A stretch of DNA of 64,000 nucleotides, from positions 838-64,837 of the forward strand of contig JAHEJN010000002.1 in assembly GCA_024638845.1 (NCBI GenBank). Direction: 5' to 3'. The notes below the pieces were generated by a model. The model did no database searches. It had not been told where the DNA came from and was given only the letters and a program-made list of their open reading frames with translations. The position numbers and the translations under genes were made by a program. The DNA is from Acidimicrobiales bacterium (GTDB taxonomy: Bacteria > Actinomycetota > Acidimicrobiia > Acidimicrobiales > JAHEJN01). Positions 26,275 through 36,312 of the stretch are shown here, piece by piece; the stretch's first letter is position 1; every line of letters starts with the position of its first letter.

Positions 26275-27185
26275 CCGAACCGGTTTCCGAGCTCTTCGAT
26301 GCCGATGCCTGGACCGACGTGGACGGCTTCGACTTCACCGACATCACCTATCACCGGGCCCGGCACGTGCCGGCCGTTCGCATCGCCTTCGACCGACCCG
26401 AGGTGCGCAACGCCTTTCGGCCCCACACTGTCGACGAGCTCTACACCGCTCTCGATCACGCCCGTCAGTCGTCCGACGTCGGCTGCGTGCTGCTCACCGG
26501 CAACGGCCCGTCGGCCAAGGACGGCGGCTGGGCGTTCTGCTCGGGCGGCGACCAACGCATACGCGGCACCGACGGGTACCGCTACACGACCGACGACGGC
26601 GAGACCGCCGACGCCATCGATCCGGGCCGGAGCGGGCGTCTGCACATCCTCGAGTGCCAGCGTCTCATCCGCTTCATGCCCAAGCCGGTTGTCGCCGTGG
26701 TACCGGGCTGGGCTGCGGGAGGCGGCCACAGCCTCCACGTGGTGTGCGATCTCACGATCGCCAGCCGCGAACACGCCCGGTTCAAGCAGACCGACACCGA
26801 CGTCGCCAGTGTCGATGCCGGCTTCGGCTCGGCCTACCTCGCCCGTCAGGTGGGCCAGAAGGTCGCACGAGAGATCTTCTTCCTGGGGCTCACCTACACC
26901 GCAGACGAGGCCATGGCTCAGGGAGCGGTCAACAAGGTCGTGACCCACGCCGAGCTCGAAGCCACCGCGCTCGAGTGGGCGGCCGAGATCTGTAAGAAGA
27001 GCCCGACGGCCCAGCGCATGGCGAAGTTTGCGTTCAACCTCATCGACGACGGTCTGGTCGGTCAGCAGGTGTTCGCCGGCGAGACCACCCGTCTCATCTA
27101 CGGCACCGACGAGGCCAAGGAGGGCCGCGACGCCTTCCTCGACAAGCGAGACCCCGACTGGTCGGACTTCCCTTACTACTACTGA
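26271..27185 (+). CDS. menB: 1,4-Dihydroxy-2-naphthoyl-CoA synthase
   Basis: Crotonase fold with FCSGGDQRIRG and GWAAGGGHSLHVVCDLTIAS. Its start overlaps the menD stop (ATGA). Confidence 0.95.
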   Translation: MTEPVSELFDADAWTDVDGFDFTDITYHRARHVPAVRIAFDRPEVRNAFRPHTVDELYTALDHARQSSDVGCVLLTGNGPSAKDGGWAFCSGGDQRIRGTDGYRYTTDDGETADAIDPGRSGRLHILECQRLIRFMPKPVVAVVPGWAAGGGHSLHVVCDLTIASREHARFKQTDTDVASVDAGFGSAYLARQVGQKVAREIFFLGLTYTADEAMAQGAVNKVVTHAELEATALEWAAEICKKSPTAQRMAKFAFNLIDDGLVGQQVFAGETTRLIYGTDEAKEGRDAFLDKRDPDWSDFPYYY

Positions 27186-27240
27186 CGCGTGGGCTCACGA
27201 CCAGGGCGGCAGGCCGGGAAGTGTGCCGGTGGGCCTCCGG

Positions 27241-27777
27241 TCAGGCGAAGGGCCGAATGGGGACGGTTCGGTCCCATCCGATGGTCTGCTTCCAGAAATT
27301 GGTGAAGACGGCTTCCATCAGCTCGCTGGTCTCGATGAGCTCGATGTACCCGGGAAGGGCGCCGTTCGTGTCGAGGTACCCGACCTTGCCACCCGTGGGA
27401 ACTCCTGCCTCGAAGGCGAGCTCGTAACCCATGGCCAGGTACTTCGCCTTGTCGGCGGGATAGTCGTCGGTGGCCATGCCGAAGTGGTGGAAGCCGTGTC
27501 CCTTCACCGCAATGTGCTCGTTGTACACCGAGGGGAGGTCGTCGTTGGGTTGGATGAGCTCGACGTTCATGTGCCCGGCGAAGCTCATGGCGAGCTTCGC
27601 GCTGCCCTGGGCCGGCTGACCACGGTAGACGGGGTCGTCGCCGGTGAAGCGGTCGAGGAGAAACCACGGGCCGACGCCGAGGTTGTCGATCCAGCTCTGG
27701 ATGGCCGCCTCGATGTCGGCTACCACGTAGGCCATCTGCATGATGCCGTCGTCGGGCTGGCCGAAGTCGAGATCCAT
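27241..27777 (-). CDS. VOC (glyoxalase/bleomycin resistance/dioxygenase) family protein
   Basis: IMQMAYVVADIEAAIQSW...GVGPWF plus a second half with HHFGMATDD, typical of tandem VOC modules. Confidence 0.7.
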   Translation of the reverse strand: MDLDFGQPDDGIMQMAYVVADIEAAIQSWIDNLGVGPWFLLDRFTGDDPVYRGQPAQGSAKLAMSFAGHMNVELIQPNDDLPSVYNEHIAVKGHGFHHFGMATDDYPADKAKYLAMGYELAFEAGVPTGGKVGYLDTNGALPGYIELIETSELMEAVFTNFWKQTIGWDRTVPIRPFA

Positions 27778-27847
27778 GACGCACTCCCCTGGTCGAGATC
27801 CGCGCCGATACTAGGTGCGCCGGGTGCGGCCCACCTAACGTGCCCCC

Positions 27848-28339
27848 ATGGTTCGCTACGCCGACAGACCGACCGCTACCGAGACCATCGACATCGGCGC
27901 CCCGCCGGCCACCGTGTGGACGCTGGTCAGCGACCCCGAGGTGCCGGCGCAGTTCTCCACCGAGCTCCAGTCGGCCTCCTGGAGCGACACCGGGCCCCAC
28001 GAGGGCGCCGTCATCGTGGGCACCAACTTCCACGAAGCTCGCGGGACTTGGACCACCACGTCGGTGGTCACTGTCTGCGACGTCGAGCACGAGTTCACCT
28101 GGACCGTCGGCGACGTCGACAACCCCACGGCCCAGTGGAGCTTCCGCCTCGAGGCCATCGACGCCGGGACCCGGCTCGGGTTCCGGGCGGTGATGGGACC
28201 CGGGCCCTCCGGCGTGTCGAGCTTCATCGAGAAACGGCCCGACCTGGAGGAGGAGATCGTCGCCAACCGACTGGCCATGTGGAGCGAGAACATGCGCCGC
28301 ACGCTGGCCGGCGTCAAACAGTTGGCCGAAGCCGTCTGA
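27848..28339 (+). CDS. SRPBCC (START/polyketide cyclase-like) family protein
   Basis: TIDIGAPPATVWTLVSDPEVPAQFS is a typical SRPBCC N-terminus. Confidence 0.7.
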   Translation: MVRYADRPTATETIDIGAPPATVWTLVSDPEVPAQFSTELQSASWSDTGPHEGAVIVGTNFHEARGTWTTTSVVTVCDVEHEFTWTVGDVDNPTAQWSFRLEAIDAGTRLGFRAVMGPGPSGVSSFIEKRPDLEEEIVANRLAMWSENMRRTLAGVKQLAEAV

Positions 28340-28347
28340 GCCGCCGC

Positions 28348-28854
28348 TCAGAGCACCTTGTTGCCGTACATCTCGCCGAGCCGATCGTTGATCAGCTCGA
28401 GCCGTTCGCCGTCGGGACCCGTGAAGTACAGCGATGACCCGCCCACCTCGTGGACCTCGACGCCGGCTTCGGCCAGGCGGCCGCGAAGCTCGGTCCAGAC
28501 GGCGGGGGGCACCGAGATGGCGAGATGGTGATGGCCACCGAGCACCTCCTGATAGGGCCCGAGGCCGAGATCGGGGAAGTCGAAGAACGCCAAGGCGTTC
28601 CCGTTGCCGATGTCGAAGAAGAAGTGTGTCGAGCCGGGATAGTCGCGGTTCTCGAACAGCTCGGTCAGCGGGAAACCGAGGAGCCCCTGATAGAAGCGAA
28701 TCGTGGTCTCGACGTCGCTGCTCAGCAGGGCTTGATGGTGCACTCCCCGACCGTTGCTGGCCGGTCGTTGGTCATCGGACTGGAGGTACTGCGCGCGCAG
28801 TTGATCCCATTCGGCCTGTCGTTCGGGGGTGGCTCGTGAATCGGTCGTTGCCAT
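28348..28854 (-). CDS. VOC family protein
   Basis: VHHQALLSSDVETTIRFYQGLLGFPL...HFFFDIGNG...HHLAISV. The Met at 28854 is preferred over the track start at 28890. Confidence 0.7.
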   Translation of the reverse strand: MATTDSRATPERQAEWDQLRAQYLQSDDQRPASNGRGVHHQALLSSDVETTIRFYQGLLGFPLTELFENRDYPGSTHFFFDIGNGNALAFFDFPDLGLGPYQEVLGGHHHLAISVPPAVWTELRGRLAEAGVEVHEVGGSSLYFTGPDGERLELINDRLGEMYGNKVL

Positions 28855-28893
28855 GCCCCACTCTGCCACGGTCACCCGCGCCGGTACCACGCG

Positions 28894-30105
28894 TCAATCG
28901 GTGAGCACCGAGAGCATGGCCTGGAGCTTGGCCTCGGTCTCGGCCAGCTCGGCGACCGGGTCACTGTCGGCCACCACCCCAACGCCCGCCCAGAGCCGAG
29001 CGCAGTTCCCCTCGATCTGAGCCGACCGGATACCGACCGCGAAGGCCCCGTTGCCGCCCGCATCGACCCAGCCGACGGGGCCGGCGTAGCGGCCGCGATC
29101 GCCGCCCTCGAGCTCGCCGATGAGCTCGAGCGCGGTCGCCTGCGGGTCGCCGCCGACCGCTGGCGTCGGGTGGAGCGCGGCGACGAGCTCGAGAATCGAG
29201 GCGGCGGGCCTCGACAGGACTCCCTCCACCCGGGTGCCGAGGTGATGCACGTTGGCCAGCGAGACGATCGTGGGCTCGGGCTCGGCATCGACATAGGAGC
29301 AGAACGGCAACAACGTGTCGAGCAGCCAGTCGATGGTGATGCGATGCTCCCACTGGTCCTTGGTCGATGCCAACAGATCAGCGGCGACGACGGCATCGGC
29401 GGCGGGATCGGTACGTCGGGCTGCGGTGCCGGCCAGCGGGTGGGCTCGAACGACCGTGTCGGAGCGGCCGACCAGCAGCTCCGGCGACGCGCCGATGAAT
29501 CCGTCGACGGCGAAGACCGCGGTGGACGGAAACCTTTCGACGAGCCCGGCGAGCACGGCCGGAGTGGCGATCGGCTCGGTGGCGGTGACCCGCAGTTCTC
29601 GGGCCAACACGACCTTCCGCAGCGCGCCCGCCGCGATGCGTTCGACCGCACGCGCGACCGCGGTATCACGCCACTCGGCCGGTGACCGCATCGACTCGAC
29701 GCGGGGCGCGCGAGGACGAACACCGACGGGTGAGTCGAGGATCTCCTCGCACCTCGCACGAGCATCATCGGTGTCGCCGTCGAGCGCGGTGAGCCAGCCC
29801 GACCCGTCGGCATCCCGACCGACGATCACCTCGGGAACCACGAGCTCGCCCGGCGCGCCCCGATCGAACGGGAACGCACCGAAGCCCACCACTCCGCGTC
29901 CTGGAGTCCCCGCCGGCCCGGAGCCGGCGAGGTCGGCCAGCGCCTGTTGGGCCGCGGGCGCACCTCCGGGCCGCTCGACGACGACACGACCGGCAGTGCC
30001 GATGCCGGCGAGACGCACCTGCTCGCCGGCCCAGAGCGTGCCGCTGCGGATGCCGATGGCCGCGGGGTCGAGCGGTGGATCGAGGCCGATGGTGCGCGGG
30101 TTCAC
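28894..30105 (-). CDS. menF: Isochorismate synthase
   Basis: Chorismate-binding C-terminus LHPTPAVGG...GRYAGPVGW...FAVGIRSA...WAGVGVVADSDP..E..E...K. The start is taken at GTG 30105, and the upstream extension of ORF 28894..30465 is rejected. Confidence 0.8.
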   Translation of the reverse strand: MNPRTIGLDPPLDPAAIGIRSGTLWAGEQVRLAGIGTAGRVVVERPGGAPAAQQALADLAGSGPAGTPGRGVVGFGAFPFDRGAPGELVVPEVIVGRDADGSGWLTALDGDTDDARARCEEILDSPVGVRPRAPRVESMRSPAEWRDTAVARAVERIAAGALRKVVLARELRVTATEPIATPAVLAGLVERFPSTAVFAVDGFIGASPELLVGRSDTVVRAHPLAGTAARRTDPAADAVVAADLLASTKDQWEHRITIDWLLDTLLPFCSYVDAEPEPTIVSLANVHHLGTRVEGVLSRPAASILELVAALHPTPAVGGDPQATALELIGELEGGDRGRYAGPVGWVDAGGNGAFAVGIRSAQIEGNCARLWAGVGVVADSDPVAELAETEAKLQAMLSVLTD

Positions 30106-30138
30106 GCACCCGAGGCTACGGCCGCCACACTGGAGGTC

Positions 30139-30570
30139 GTGGATCGCCGCGCCAGCACCGACACCTCGGCCACCCCCGACCATCTGCACGCCGTCGTGGC
30201 CGACCTCGGCCGCTATCCCGAGTGGCTCGACGAGGTCACCCGGGCCGAACCGGCGACCGGACACGGCGATGCATGGTCGGTCACCCTCCGGGCCCGGGTG
30301 GGTCCCTTCGCCCGATCGAAGCGGCTGCGTATGGTCCGCACCCGCAACGACGTGCCTCGACACGTGCGTTTCGAACGAGCAGAAGTCGACGGTCGCAACC
30401 ACTCGGCCTGGACGCTCGACGCCACGGTCGAACCGACCGCAGGCGGCAGCCGGGTCACCATGCATCTGGCCTACGACGGCAACCTCTGGTCCGGGGTCCT
30501 CGATCGGGTGCTCGGTTCGATGATCGACGACGCCATCCCCGATCTCAAACGCCTCGTCGAGACCGACTGA
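30139..30570 (+). CDS. SRPBCC family protein
   Basis: This is the tail of ORF 29947..30570. It reads PDHLHAVVADLGRYPEWLDEVT...VGPFARSKRLRM. The start (GTG 30139) is tentative. Confidence 0.6.
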   Translation: MDRRASTDTSATPDHLHAVVADLGRYPEWLDEVTRAEPATGHGDAWSVTLRARVGPFARSKRLRMVRTRNDVPRHVRFERAEVDGRNHSAWTLDATVEPTAGGSRVTMHLAYDGNLWSGVLDRVLGSMIDDAIPDLKRLVETD

Positions 30571-30579
30571 CCGGCTCGC

Positions 30580-31068
30580 TCAGAGGCGCTTCTCGAAGAA
30601 ATGCAGGGCGTAGGGGTTGTCGTTGTACCGCTCGATCTCGACGTAGCCGGCGCGCTCGTACATCGCTATGGCCTCGGTGAGCACGCTGTTGGTGTCGAGG
30701 CGAACGGTGCCATAGCCCAGGTCCGACGCATGGCACTCGAGCTCCCGCAGCATGCGTCTTCCCAGACCGCGTCCCCGGTGACCAGGCGCAACCCACATGC
30801 GCTTGATCTCGGCGACCGCTGCGCTGAAGCGTTGGACTCCGCCGCAGGCAACCGGCCGCTTCTCGTGCCGGGCGATGACGAACACCCCGGCGGGGGCGTC
30901 GAACAGCGGCGCGTCGGAATCGAGGGCGTCACCGGGGTCGAAGCCGGCGTGGAACCGACGATCGAGCTCGTCGAAGTAGCTCTGCACCGATGCCACGGCC
31001 TCGGAACTGCGCGGGTCGACCACCGCGAAGGTGACATCGACGGGGACCCGGTCTGGTCGATCGGACAC
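30580..31068 (-). CDS. GNAT family N-acetyltransferase
   Basis: Acetyl-CoA binding motif VAPGHRGRGLGRRML, with AMYERAGY at the C-terminus. Confidence 0.85.
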   Translation of the reverse strand: MSDRPDRVPVDVTFAVVDPRSSEAVASVQSYFDELDRRFHAGFDPGDALDSDAPLFDAPAGVFVIARHEKRPVACGGVQRFSAAVAEIKRMWVAPGHRGRGLGRRMLRELECHASDLGYGTVRLDTNSVLTEAIAMYERAGYVEIERYNDNPYALHFFEKRL

Positions 31069-31074
31069 CGACGA

Positions 31075-32028
31075 TCAGGCCAGGGCCTCGGCGTAGCGAT
31101 CGTGGGCGCTTTCGCCGGCCTCGGTGACGGTCAGGATCTCGACACCGTCGGGGGTGACGACCATGGTGTGCTCGAACTGCGCCGATCGGCAGCCATCGGC
31201 GGTGACCGCGGTCCAGTCGTCGTCCCAGATCTCGCCGAGCTCCCAACGACCGAGATTCAGCATGGGCTCGATGGTGAAGCTCATGCCCTCCTCCATGACC
31301 AGATCGAAGCGGCGCACGTAGTAGTGCGGGATCTGCAAGGAGGTGTGGAACTCGGTGCCGACCCCGTGCCCGATGAAGTCGCGCACGACGCTCAGCCCGT
31401 TTCTGGTGGCGTGGTTCTCGATGGCGCGGCCGATGGCGTTGAACGGCGCGCCGGGACGGACTTCGGCGATGGCCAGATCGAGAGCCCGTTTCGTCTCGAC
31501 CACGAGGTGTCGGCTCGCGTCGTCGACGTCGCCGACGAGGAAGGTGATGGAGGTGTCGCCGTGCACGCCACCGATGTAGGCGGTGACGTCGATGTTGACG
31601 ATGTCGCCGTCCTGCAGCTGGCGGCTGTCGGGGATGCCGTGACAGATCACCTCGTTCACCGAGGTGCAGACCGACTTGGGGTACCCCTTGTACCCGAGCG
31701 GGCTCGGGTAGGCGCCCCGGCTGATGTAGGCCTCGTGGGCGACGATGTCGAGCTTCTCGGTGCTCACACCCGGTGCCACCGCCGCGCCGACCTCGAGCAG
31801 GATCTCCGCCGCGACCGAACCGGCCGTGCGCATGCGCTCGATCTCGTCGGCGGTGCGGACCGGGGAGGATGCCGACAGGCCCGGGTCGCCGCCGTTGGCC
31901 ACGTAGGGAGGACGCTCGATGCTGCCGGGAACCGCCCGCATCGGGGACACGAGCCCGGGCCGCACGGGCGGGTCCGAAGCCACGACGTCGAACAGCGGTT
32001 TCGGTTGTCGGCGTTTGCGCTTGGCCAT
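31075..32028 (-). CDS. map: Type I methionyl aminopeptidase with an N-terminal extension
   Basis: CHGIPD, DIVNIDVTA, GDTS, HGVGTEFH, EPM. There is a ~40-aa basic/Pro-rich N-terminal extension. Confidence 0.95.
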   Translation of the reverse strand: MAKRKRRQPKPLFDVVASDPPVRPGLVSPMRAVPGSIERPPYVANGGDPGLSASSPVRTADEIERMRTAGSVAAEILLEVGAAVAPGVSTEKLDIVAHEAYISRGAYPSPLGYKGYPKSVCTSVNEVICHGIPDSRQLQDGDIVNIDVTAYIGGVHGDTSITFLVGDVDDASRHLVVETKRALDLAIAEVRPGAPFNAIGRAIENHATRNGLSVVRDFIGHGVGTEFHTSLQIPHYYVRRFDLVMEEGMSFTIEPMLNLGRWELGEIWDDDWTAVTADGCRSAQFEHTMVVTPDGVEILTVTEAGESAHDRYAEALA

Positions 32029-32089
32029 GCGATCTCCCGGGTCCAGACCATCAGGTTAGCGGCGCACTCCGGAGCCTCACGCCTGGCCT

Positions 32090-32866
32090 TCAGGCGTCGC
32101 CTCCGGGGAAGCGCCGCTGGAGACGCTGCATGCCCGCAATCCATCGCTCGCGATCGGTTCCCTTACGGGCGACGTACTCGGCCACCTCGGGATGGGGCAG
32201 GATCAGGAACTCGTCGGCCTCGATCCCCGCAGCGACCACGTCGGCCACCTCCTCGGCGCTGAGCATCCCGTCGACGCCGGCGACACCCCCACCGTCGAAC
32301 CCCGCCGTCATCGGGGTGGCGACCGCCTGCGGGCAGACGACCGATACCGAGATGCCCTGCTCGCCGTGGGTGATGGCCACCCACTCGGCGAAGCTGACCG
32401 CAGCCGCCTTGGTGACGGCGTAGGGAGCGCTGCCGATCTGCGACAACAGGCCGGCGGCCGAGGCGGTGTTCACGAGATGGCCCCGACCCCGGTCGATCAT
32501 GCCGGGCAGCAGCGCGCGGGCCGCGTGCACGTGCGCCATGAGGTTGATGTCCCAGATGCGCTGCCACTCGTCGGTAGGCACCTCGGCGCCTCCGAGCACC
32601 AAGATCCCGGCGTTCGAGCAGAAGATGTCGATGGGGCCGACCGCCGCCTCGGTCTCGGCCACGACCCGCTCCACCTCCGCCTGATCGGCCAGATCGGCCA
32701 CGATGGCCAGCGCGCCGAGGCTCGCGGCCACGGTCTCGAGGCGGGGCCGGTCGAAATCGACGAGCGCGAGCGCCGCCGCCCCGTCGGCCGCGAAACGACG
32801 GGCCATCGCCTCGCCGATGCCACCGGCGGCTCCGGTGACGACGATGACCGATCCTGCGATCTTCAT
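32090..32866 (-). CDS. SDR family oxidoreductase
   Basis: TGAAGGIG cofactor motif, NAG, and YAVTK (YxxxK). Confidence 0.9.
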   Translation of the reverse strand: MKIAGSVIVVTGAAGGIGEAMARRFAADGAAALALVDFDRPRLETVAASLGALAIVADLADQAEVERVVAETEAAVGPIDIFCSNAGILVLGGAEVPTDEWQRIWDINLMAHVHAARALLPGMIDRGRGHLVNTASAAGLLSQIGSAPYAVTKAAAVSFAEWVAITHGEQGISVSVVCPQAVATPMTAGFDGGGVAGVDGMLSAEEVADVVAAGIEADEFLILPHPEVAEYVARKGTDRERWIAGMQRLQRRFPGGDA

Positions 32867-32902
32867 GCGAGCTCCTGCGACGGCGGCGACGGGGAGGAGA
32901 GA

Positions 32903-33682
32903 CTAGGACGGCCAGTTGGGATGGCGCTTGTCGATGAACGCGCTCATGCCTTCCTGGGCGGTCTCGTCACCCGCGTTGGCAGCCATGACCGTACGGGTGA
33001 GCTCGTAGGCGTCGTCCTCGTGCAAGCCGTCCTGGCGGTAGAAGGCGACCTTGCCGATCGCGATGGTCGACGGGCTGAACCGGGTGATCGAATCGGCGAG
33101 ACGGTCGACCTCGGCCGCAAGGTCCTCGGGTGCGACCACCCGGTTGACCAGACCCCAGTCGGCGGCGGTGGCGGCATCGACGGACTCCCCGGTGAGCAAC
33201 ATCTCCATGGCCCGCTTGCGGCCCACCGCACGGGCGATGGGCACCATGGGTGTCGAGCAGAAGAGCCCGATGCGAACGCCGGGCGTGGCGAACTGCGAAC
33301 GGTCGGTGGCCACGGCGAGATCGCAGGTGGCAACGAGCTGACAGCCCGCCGCGGTGGCCACGCCGTCGACCGCCGCGATCACCGGCTGCGGCAGTCGGTG
33401 GATGGCCTGCATGAGATCGGTGCACACCGCGAAGAGCTGATCGTAGAACTCGGCCGGGCGGTCGATCATCTCCTTCACGTTGTGGCCGGCCGAGAACGCC
33501 GGCCCCTCGTGATCGATCACCACGACCTGCACCGAGGGGTCGGTGCCGATCTCGCCGAGCACCTTGATGAGCTCGAGCATGGTGTGCAGCCCCAGAGCGT
33601 TGCGAGCGGCCGGGTTGGCCAGGGTGATGGTGGCGCGCGGTCCGTCGCCCGCGGCAACCCGAACAGTGGCGTCGTTGTCCAT
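32903..33682 (-). CDS. Enoyl-CoA hydratase/isomerase family protein
   Basis: Crotonase motifs FSAGHNVKE and DGVATAAGCQLVATCDLAVA. Confidence 0.9.
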   Translation of the reverse strand: MDNDATVRVAAGDGPRATITLANPAARNALGLHTMLELIKVLGEIGTDPSVQVVVIDHEGPAFSAGHNVKEMIDRPAEFYDQLFAVCTDLMQAIHRLPQPVIAAVDGVATAAGCQLVATCDLAVATDRSQFATPGVRIGLFCSTPMVPIARAVGRKRAMEMLLTGESVDAATAADWGLVNRVVAPEDLAAEVDRLADSITRFSPSTIAIGKVAFYRQDGLHEDDAYELTRTVMAANAGDETAQEGMSAFIDKRHPNWPS

Positions 33683-33735
33683 TCCCGCAGGCTAGTTCGA
33701 TCGGTCGACCACCGGTTTGGGCTATACCAAGGGTC

Positions 33736-34692
33736 ATGTCCGCCGGTGGTTCGAAGCGTGCGATCTTGGCTGCCCTCCTGGCCAACTTCGGCATCACCAT
33801 CGCCAAGTTCTTCGGGTTCCTCATCACCGGCTCGTCCTCGATGCTCGCCGAGTCGGTGCACTCGGGAGCCGACACCGGCAACCAGGCCCTGCTGTTGTGG
33901 GGCGGCAGGCAGGCAACCCGCACCGCCACCCCCGAGCATCCGTTCGGCTTCGGACGTGAGCGGTTCTTCTGGTCCTTCGTGGTGGCCCTCGTCCTGTTCT
34001 CGCTCGGTTCGCTGTTCGCGATCTACGAAGGCATCGAGAAGATCCGTCATCCCCACGAGCTCGACAGCCTCGGCTGGGCCATCGGCATCCTCGCCTTCGG
34101 CATCGTGCTCGAGTCGTTCTCGTTCCGCACTGCCATCGTCGAGTCGAACCGGGTGCGAGGCGACGCCGGCTGGAGCGAGTTCATCCGCCACTCACGCACC
34201 CCCGAGCTCCCCGTGGTGCTGCTCGAGGACCTCGGTGCCCTCATCGGGCTCGTTCTCGCCCTGGTAGCGATCGTGCTCGCGTCGATCACCGACGATCCCG
34301 TCTGGGACGGCGTCGGCACGCTGTCGATCGGCATCCTGCTCGGGGTGATCGCCGTCATCCTGGCGTTCGAGATGAAGAGTCTGCTCATCGGCGAGAGCGC
34401 CGTACCCGAACAAGTGGCCCGGCTCCGGCGCGAAATCGAGGACGGCGACGACGTCGACCGTCTGATCCACATGCGAACCCAGCACATCGGCCCCGAGGAG
34501 CTCCTGGTGGCGGCCAAGGTGAGCTTCCGCCCGGGCCTCACCACGTCGCAGCTGGCCGATGCCATCGACGCCGCCGAGTCGCGAGCCCGGGCGGCGGTCC
34601 CCATCGCCCGCATGATCTACCTCGAACCCGACCTGTACGAGGCCGACTACGTCGAGCACGACGACGTCGCGACCGACAGCTCCCCGCACTGA
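33736..34692 (+). CDS. Cation diffusion facilitator family transporter
   Basis: ITGSSSMLAESVHSGADTGNQ, six TM segments, and a C-terminal cytoplasmic domain. Confidence 0.9.
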   Translation: MSAGGSKRAILAALLANFGITIAKFFGFLITGSSSMLAESVHSGADTGNQALLLWGGRQATRTATPEHPFGFGRERFFWSFVVALVLFSLGSLFAIYEGIEKIRHPHELDSLGWAIGILAFGIVLESFSFRTAIVESNRVRGDAGWSEFIRHSRTPELPVVLLEDLGALIGLVLALVAIVLASITDDPVWDGVGTLSIGILLGVIAVILAFEMKSLLIGESAVPEQVARLRREIEDGDDVDRLIHMRTQHIGPEELLVAAKVSFRPGLTTSQLADAIDAAESRARAAVPIARMIYLEPDLYEADYVEHDDVATDSSPH

Positions 34693-34717
34693 CCGTCCGC
34701 CACCAACGGAGACTCCG

Positions 34718-35704
34718 ATGATCCGCGCCCTCCTGCTCGAGAAGACCGACGAGGCCGTCACGTGCTCGCTGACCGAGCTCACCGACGACCGACTACCCGA
34801 TGGCGACGTGACCGTCGACATCGAGTACTCCACCCTGAACTACAAGGACGCGCTGGCGATCACCGACACGTCACCCGTCGTGCGCTCCTGGCCCATGGTC
34901 CCCGGCGTGGACTTCGCCGGGACCGTCTCGGCCAGCAGCGACGACAGCATTGCCGTCGGCGACCGGGTGGTACTCAACGGCTGGGATGTCGGCGAGCAGC
35001 GATGGGGTGGGCTCACCACTCGGACCCGCATCGACGGCAGCCTGCTCGTGAAGCTCCCCGACGCCCTCTCGACCCGCGAGGCGATGGCCATCGGCACCGC
35101 CGGGTACACGGCCATGCTGTGTGTGCTCGCCCTGGAGGATCACGGCGTCACCCCCGAGTCGGGTCCGGTGGTGGTCACCGGAGCCGCAGGGGGCGTGGGC
35201 AGCGTGTCGGTGAGCCTGCTGTCGGGTCTGGGGTACGACGTGCATGCCGTCACCGGTCGACCCGACACGCAGGGCGACTACCTACGGGGCCTCGGTGCCG
35301 TCGAGCTGATCGATCGTTCCACCCTCGAAGAGCCCGGCCGGCCCCTTGCCCGTGCGGTGTGGGCCGGCGTGATCGATGCCGTCGGCGGACAGATCCTCGC
35401 CAATCTGCTCGCCCAGGTGCAGCCGCGGGGCTGTGTGGTTGCGTGCGGCCTGGCGGCGAGCATGGACCTGCCGACGACCGTGGCGCCGTTCATCCTGCGC
35501 GGGATCACCCTGGTGGGGATCGATTCGGTTCACGAGACGACGGCCCGACGCGAGCTCGCCTACGCGCGGCTGGCCACCGACCTCGACCGCAGCGCGCTCG
35601 CATCGATGACCACCGAGATCGGTCTGGGCGAGGTCGAGGCTGCGGCCCCCCGGTTCCTGCGCGGGGAGGTGGCGGGCCGCATCGTCGTCGACGTGACCCG
35701 CTAA
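34718..35704 (+). CDS. MDR family NADPH-dependent oxidoreductase, YhdH/AcuI-like
   Basis: VDIEYSTLNYKDALAIT and VVVTGAAGGVGS are typical of the YhdH/acryloyl-CoA reductase subgroup. Confidence 0.85.
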   Translation: MIRALLLEKTDEAVTCSLTELTDDRLPDGDVTVDIEYSTLNYKDALAITDTSPVVRSWPMVPGVDFAGTVSASSDDSIAVGDRVVLNGWDVGEQRWGGLTTRTRIDGSLLVKLPDALSTREAMAIGTAGYTAMLCVLALEDHGVTPESGPVVVTGAAGGVGSVSVSLLSGLGYDVHAVTGRPDTQGDYLRGLGAVELIDRSTLEEPGRPLARAVWAGVIDAVGGQILANLLAQVQPRGCVVACGLAASMDLPTTVAPFILRGITLVGIDSVHETTARRELAYARLATDLDRSALASMTTEIGLGEVEAAAPRFLRGEVAGRIVVDVTR

Positions 35705-35714
35705 CGTCGCGCCC

Positions 35715-36311
35715 GTGAGCGGCTCCGAAGAACGAAAGCCATCTCCCCAAGAGGATCTCCTCGCCCTGCTGTCGAACCCCGACGCCGTGCGCCTGCTCGC
35801 GTTCGGCGCTCGCACCATGGGACGGGTGGTCGACACCGGACGGGAGATCAGCAAGGTCGCATCGGCCATCACGCCCGGGCCCTTCGTCCCTTCGCCCGCG
35901 ACCCCCTCGCCGCCGAAGCCCGACCCGGCCAAGAGACAAACGGCCGGCGGCGCCGTCGAGTCCGACCGCACCTCCGCACCCGGGCCGGCCGCCGACGTGC
36001 CCGAGGGGTCGATGCTCGTCCCGGTCGAGGCGTGGAACCGCGTGCTCGACCAGCTCGGCAACATCCACGAAGCGGGCCAGGCGTTGGCCGAGGCCCGGGA
36101 GCGCGCCGCCCGGGCCGAAGCCGTGGCCGAGTTCCAGGCCGAACGGCGCCGATTGGCCGAGGCCGAGGCCGAACGTCTGGCGGCCGAGCTCGAGGCAAGC
36201 CAGGCGCCGCCACCGCCGACGGAACCGGCAACTTCTCCGGTGCCGGCCGAAGCGACCCTCGTCACCCGTCGCCGCCTCTTCCAGGGCGTGAGCAACTGGT
36301 TGAGGAGCTGA
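35715..36311 (+). CDS. Hypothetical protein with a Pro-rich linker and a coiled-coil C-terminus
   Basis: 198-aa ORF whose stop lies 1 nt before the FrhB-like gene. No family recognised. Confidence 0.5.
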   Translation: MSGSEERKPSPQEDLLALLSNPDAVRLLAFGARTMGRVVDTGREISKVASAITPGPFVPSPATPSPPKPDPAKRQTAGGAVESDRTSAPGPAADVPEGSMLVPVEAWNRVLDQLGNIHEAGQALAEARERAARAEAVAEFQAERRRLAEAEAERLAAELEASQAPPPPTEPATSPVPAEATLVTRRRLFQGVSNWLRS

Positions 36312-36312
36312 C

